Positions 63,231 through 64,000 of a DNA stretch of 64,000 bases are shown here, in pieces. The stretch comes from Sphaerodactylus townsendi (lineage: Eukaryota). Location: positions 28,272,001 to 28,336,000 of the forward strand of contig NC_059431.1 of assembly GCF_021028975.2 (NCBI RefSeq), read 5' to 3'. Numbering within the stretch: the first letter of the stretch is position 1; every line of letters begins with the position of its first letter. The position numbers and the translations under genes were made by a program. Below the pieces are notes generated by a model that saw nothing but the letters and a program-made list of their open reading frames with translations, was not told the origin of the DNA and did not search any database.

Positions 63231-63886
63231 TAAAATTTCCCCTTCAGTCGTGTTCGACCCTGGGGTACCACTGCAAAAAGTGAATTTATAAGCAAGCCCT
63301 TTTTTTGTGGGGTAGTTTGCCATTGCTTTCCCAGCCATACCCCTACCTATGTGCTGGCACTCATTTACCAACTAAGGGATGGATGGTTTGAGTTGACGCG
63401 AACCAGCTGCCAGAATATCTGACCCACAGGGGGCTCGAACTCCTGACCGTGTGAGTGGCAGTGCAAACACTTAACCACTACGCCACGTGGCTCCTGAAAT
63501 CTGCCATAATAATAATAATAATGTGGGGCAATTAAGAAATACAAAACAAAATCTCTTTCCTGATTCATGAGACTGTGGATATGAGAAGGAATCTGGGATG
63601 TAGCAAGTCTATGCAGGGCAAAGAGAAATAACGCATGGCCTCTTAACTTCTAATTCGTCTGGTTCAGGATATGCAGGCTAGTATAATGTTAAGGCCAGAA
63701 TCAAGCAAACTCCTCTGCTTTATCCATGAAGCTTGTTGAATCACTTTGATCCAGGTACTCTTTCTCAACCTAACCAACCTCGCCAGGGACTTTGTGAAGA
63801 AGAAAGGTGGAATGGAGAACCATCCGTGCTTGTACATCACTTTCCCTCCCTTCACTTGAAAGTTCATGGCACAGTCTTTACACAAA

Positions 63887-64000
63887 GGCCCCTTCCGCAC
63901 ATGCAGAATAATGCACTTTCAATCCACTTTCACAATTGTTTGCAAGTGGATTTTGCGATTCCACACAGCTGCAAAGTGCTTTGAAAGTGCATGATTCTGC
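63887..64000. mobile_element. Palindromic MITE, truncated by the window end
   Basis: Left TIR GGCCCCTTCCGCACATGCAGAAT. Confidence 0.7.

Overview
Vertebrate (squamate reptile, probably gecko, inferred from the repeat content) genomic DNA covering the conserved multiciliogenesis locus. I assembled the gene models by hand from splice sites, reading-frame phases and recalled similarity to the human proteins. Minus strand: the first six coding exons of CDC20B (ATG at 22139; the WD40 part continues past the left edge) and a complete 7-exon MCIDAS/multicilin gene (61455..53646, 364 aa, with a GC-AG intron 4). CDC20B intron 2 holds a four-member miR-449 cluster (minus strand, 17.6-19.5 kb) and the nested antisense 3-exon GPX8 gene (10011..14062, 212 aa, Cys-type peroxidase ending in KEDL). 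The rest is intronic or intergenic and rich in transposons: tRNA- and 5S-derived SINEs, CR1, RTE, Dong/R4-like fragments, Penelope-like termini, hAT, Tc1/mariner, Harbinger-like MITEs and a solo LTR, plus two assembly gaps. Nearly all other ORFs in the track are spurious. The gene system itself is known. The most interesting candidate observations are a miR-449 seed site in the MCIDAS 3' UTR, a 212-bp Penelope-derived palindrome carrying an intact minimal hammerhead-ribozyme motif in MCIDAS intron 3, an inverted SINE pair bracketing CDC20B exon 4, and a hairpin MITE abutting a pre-miR-449.
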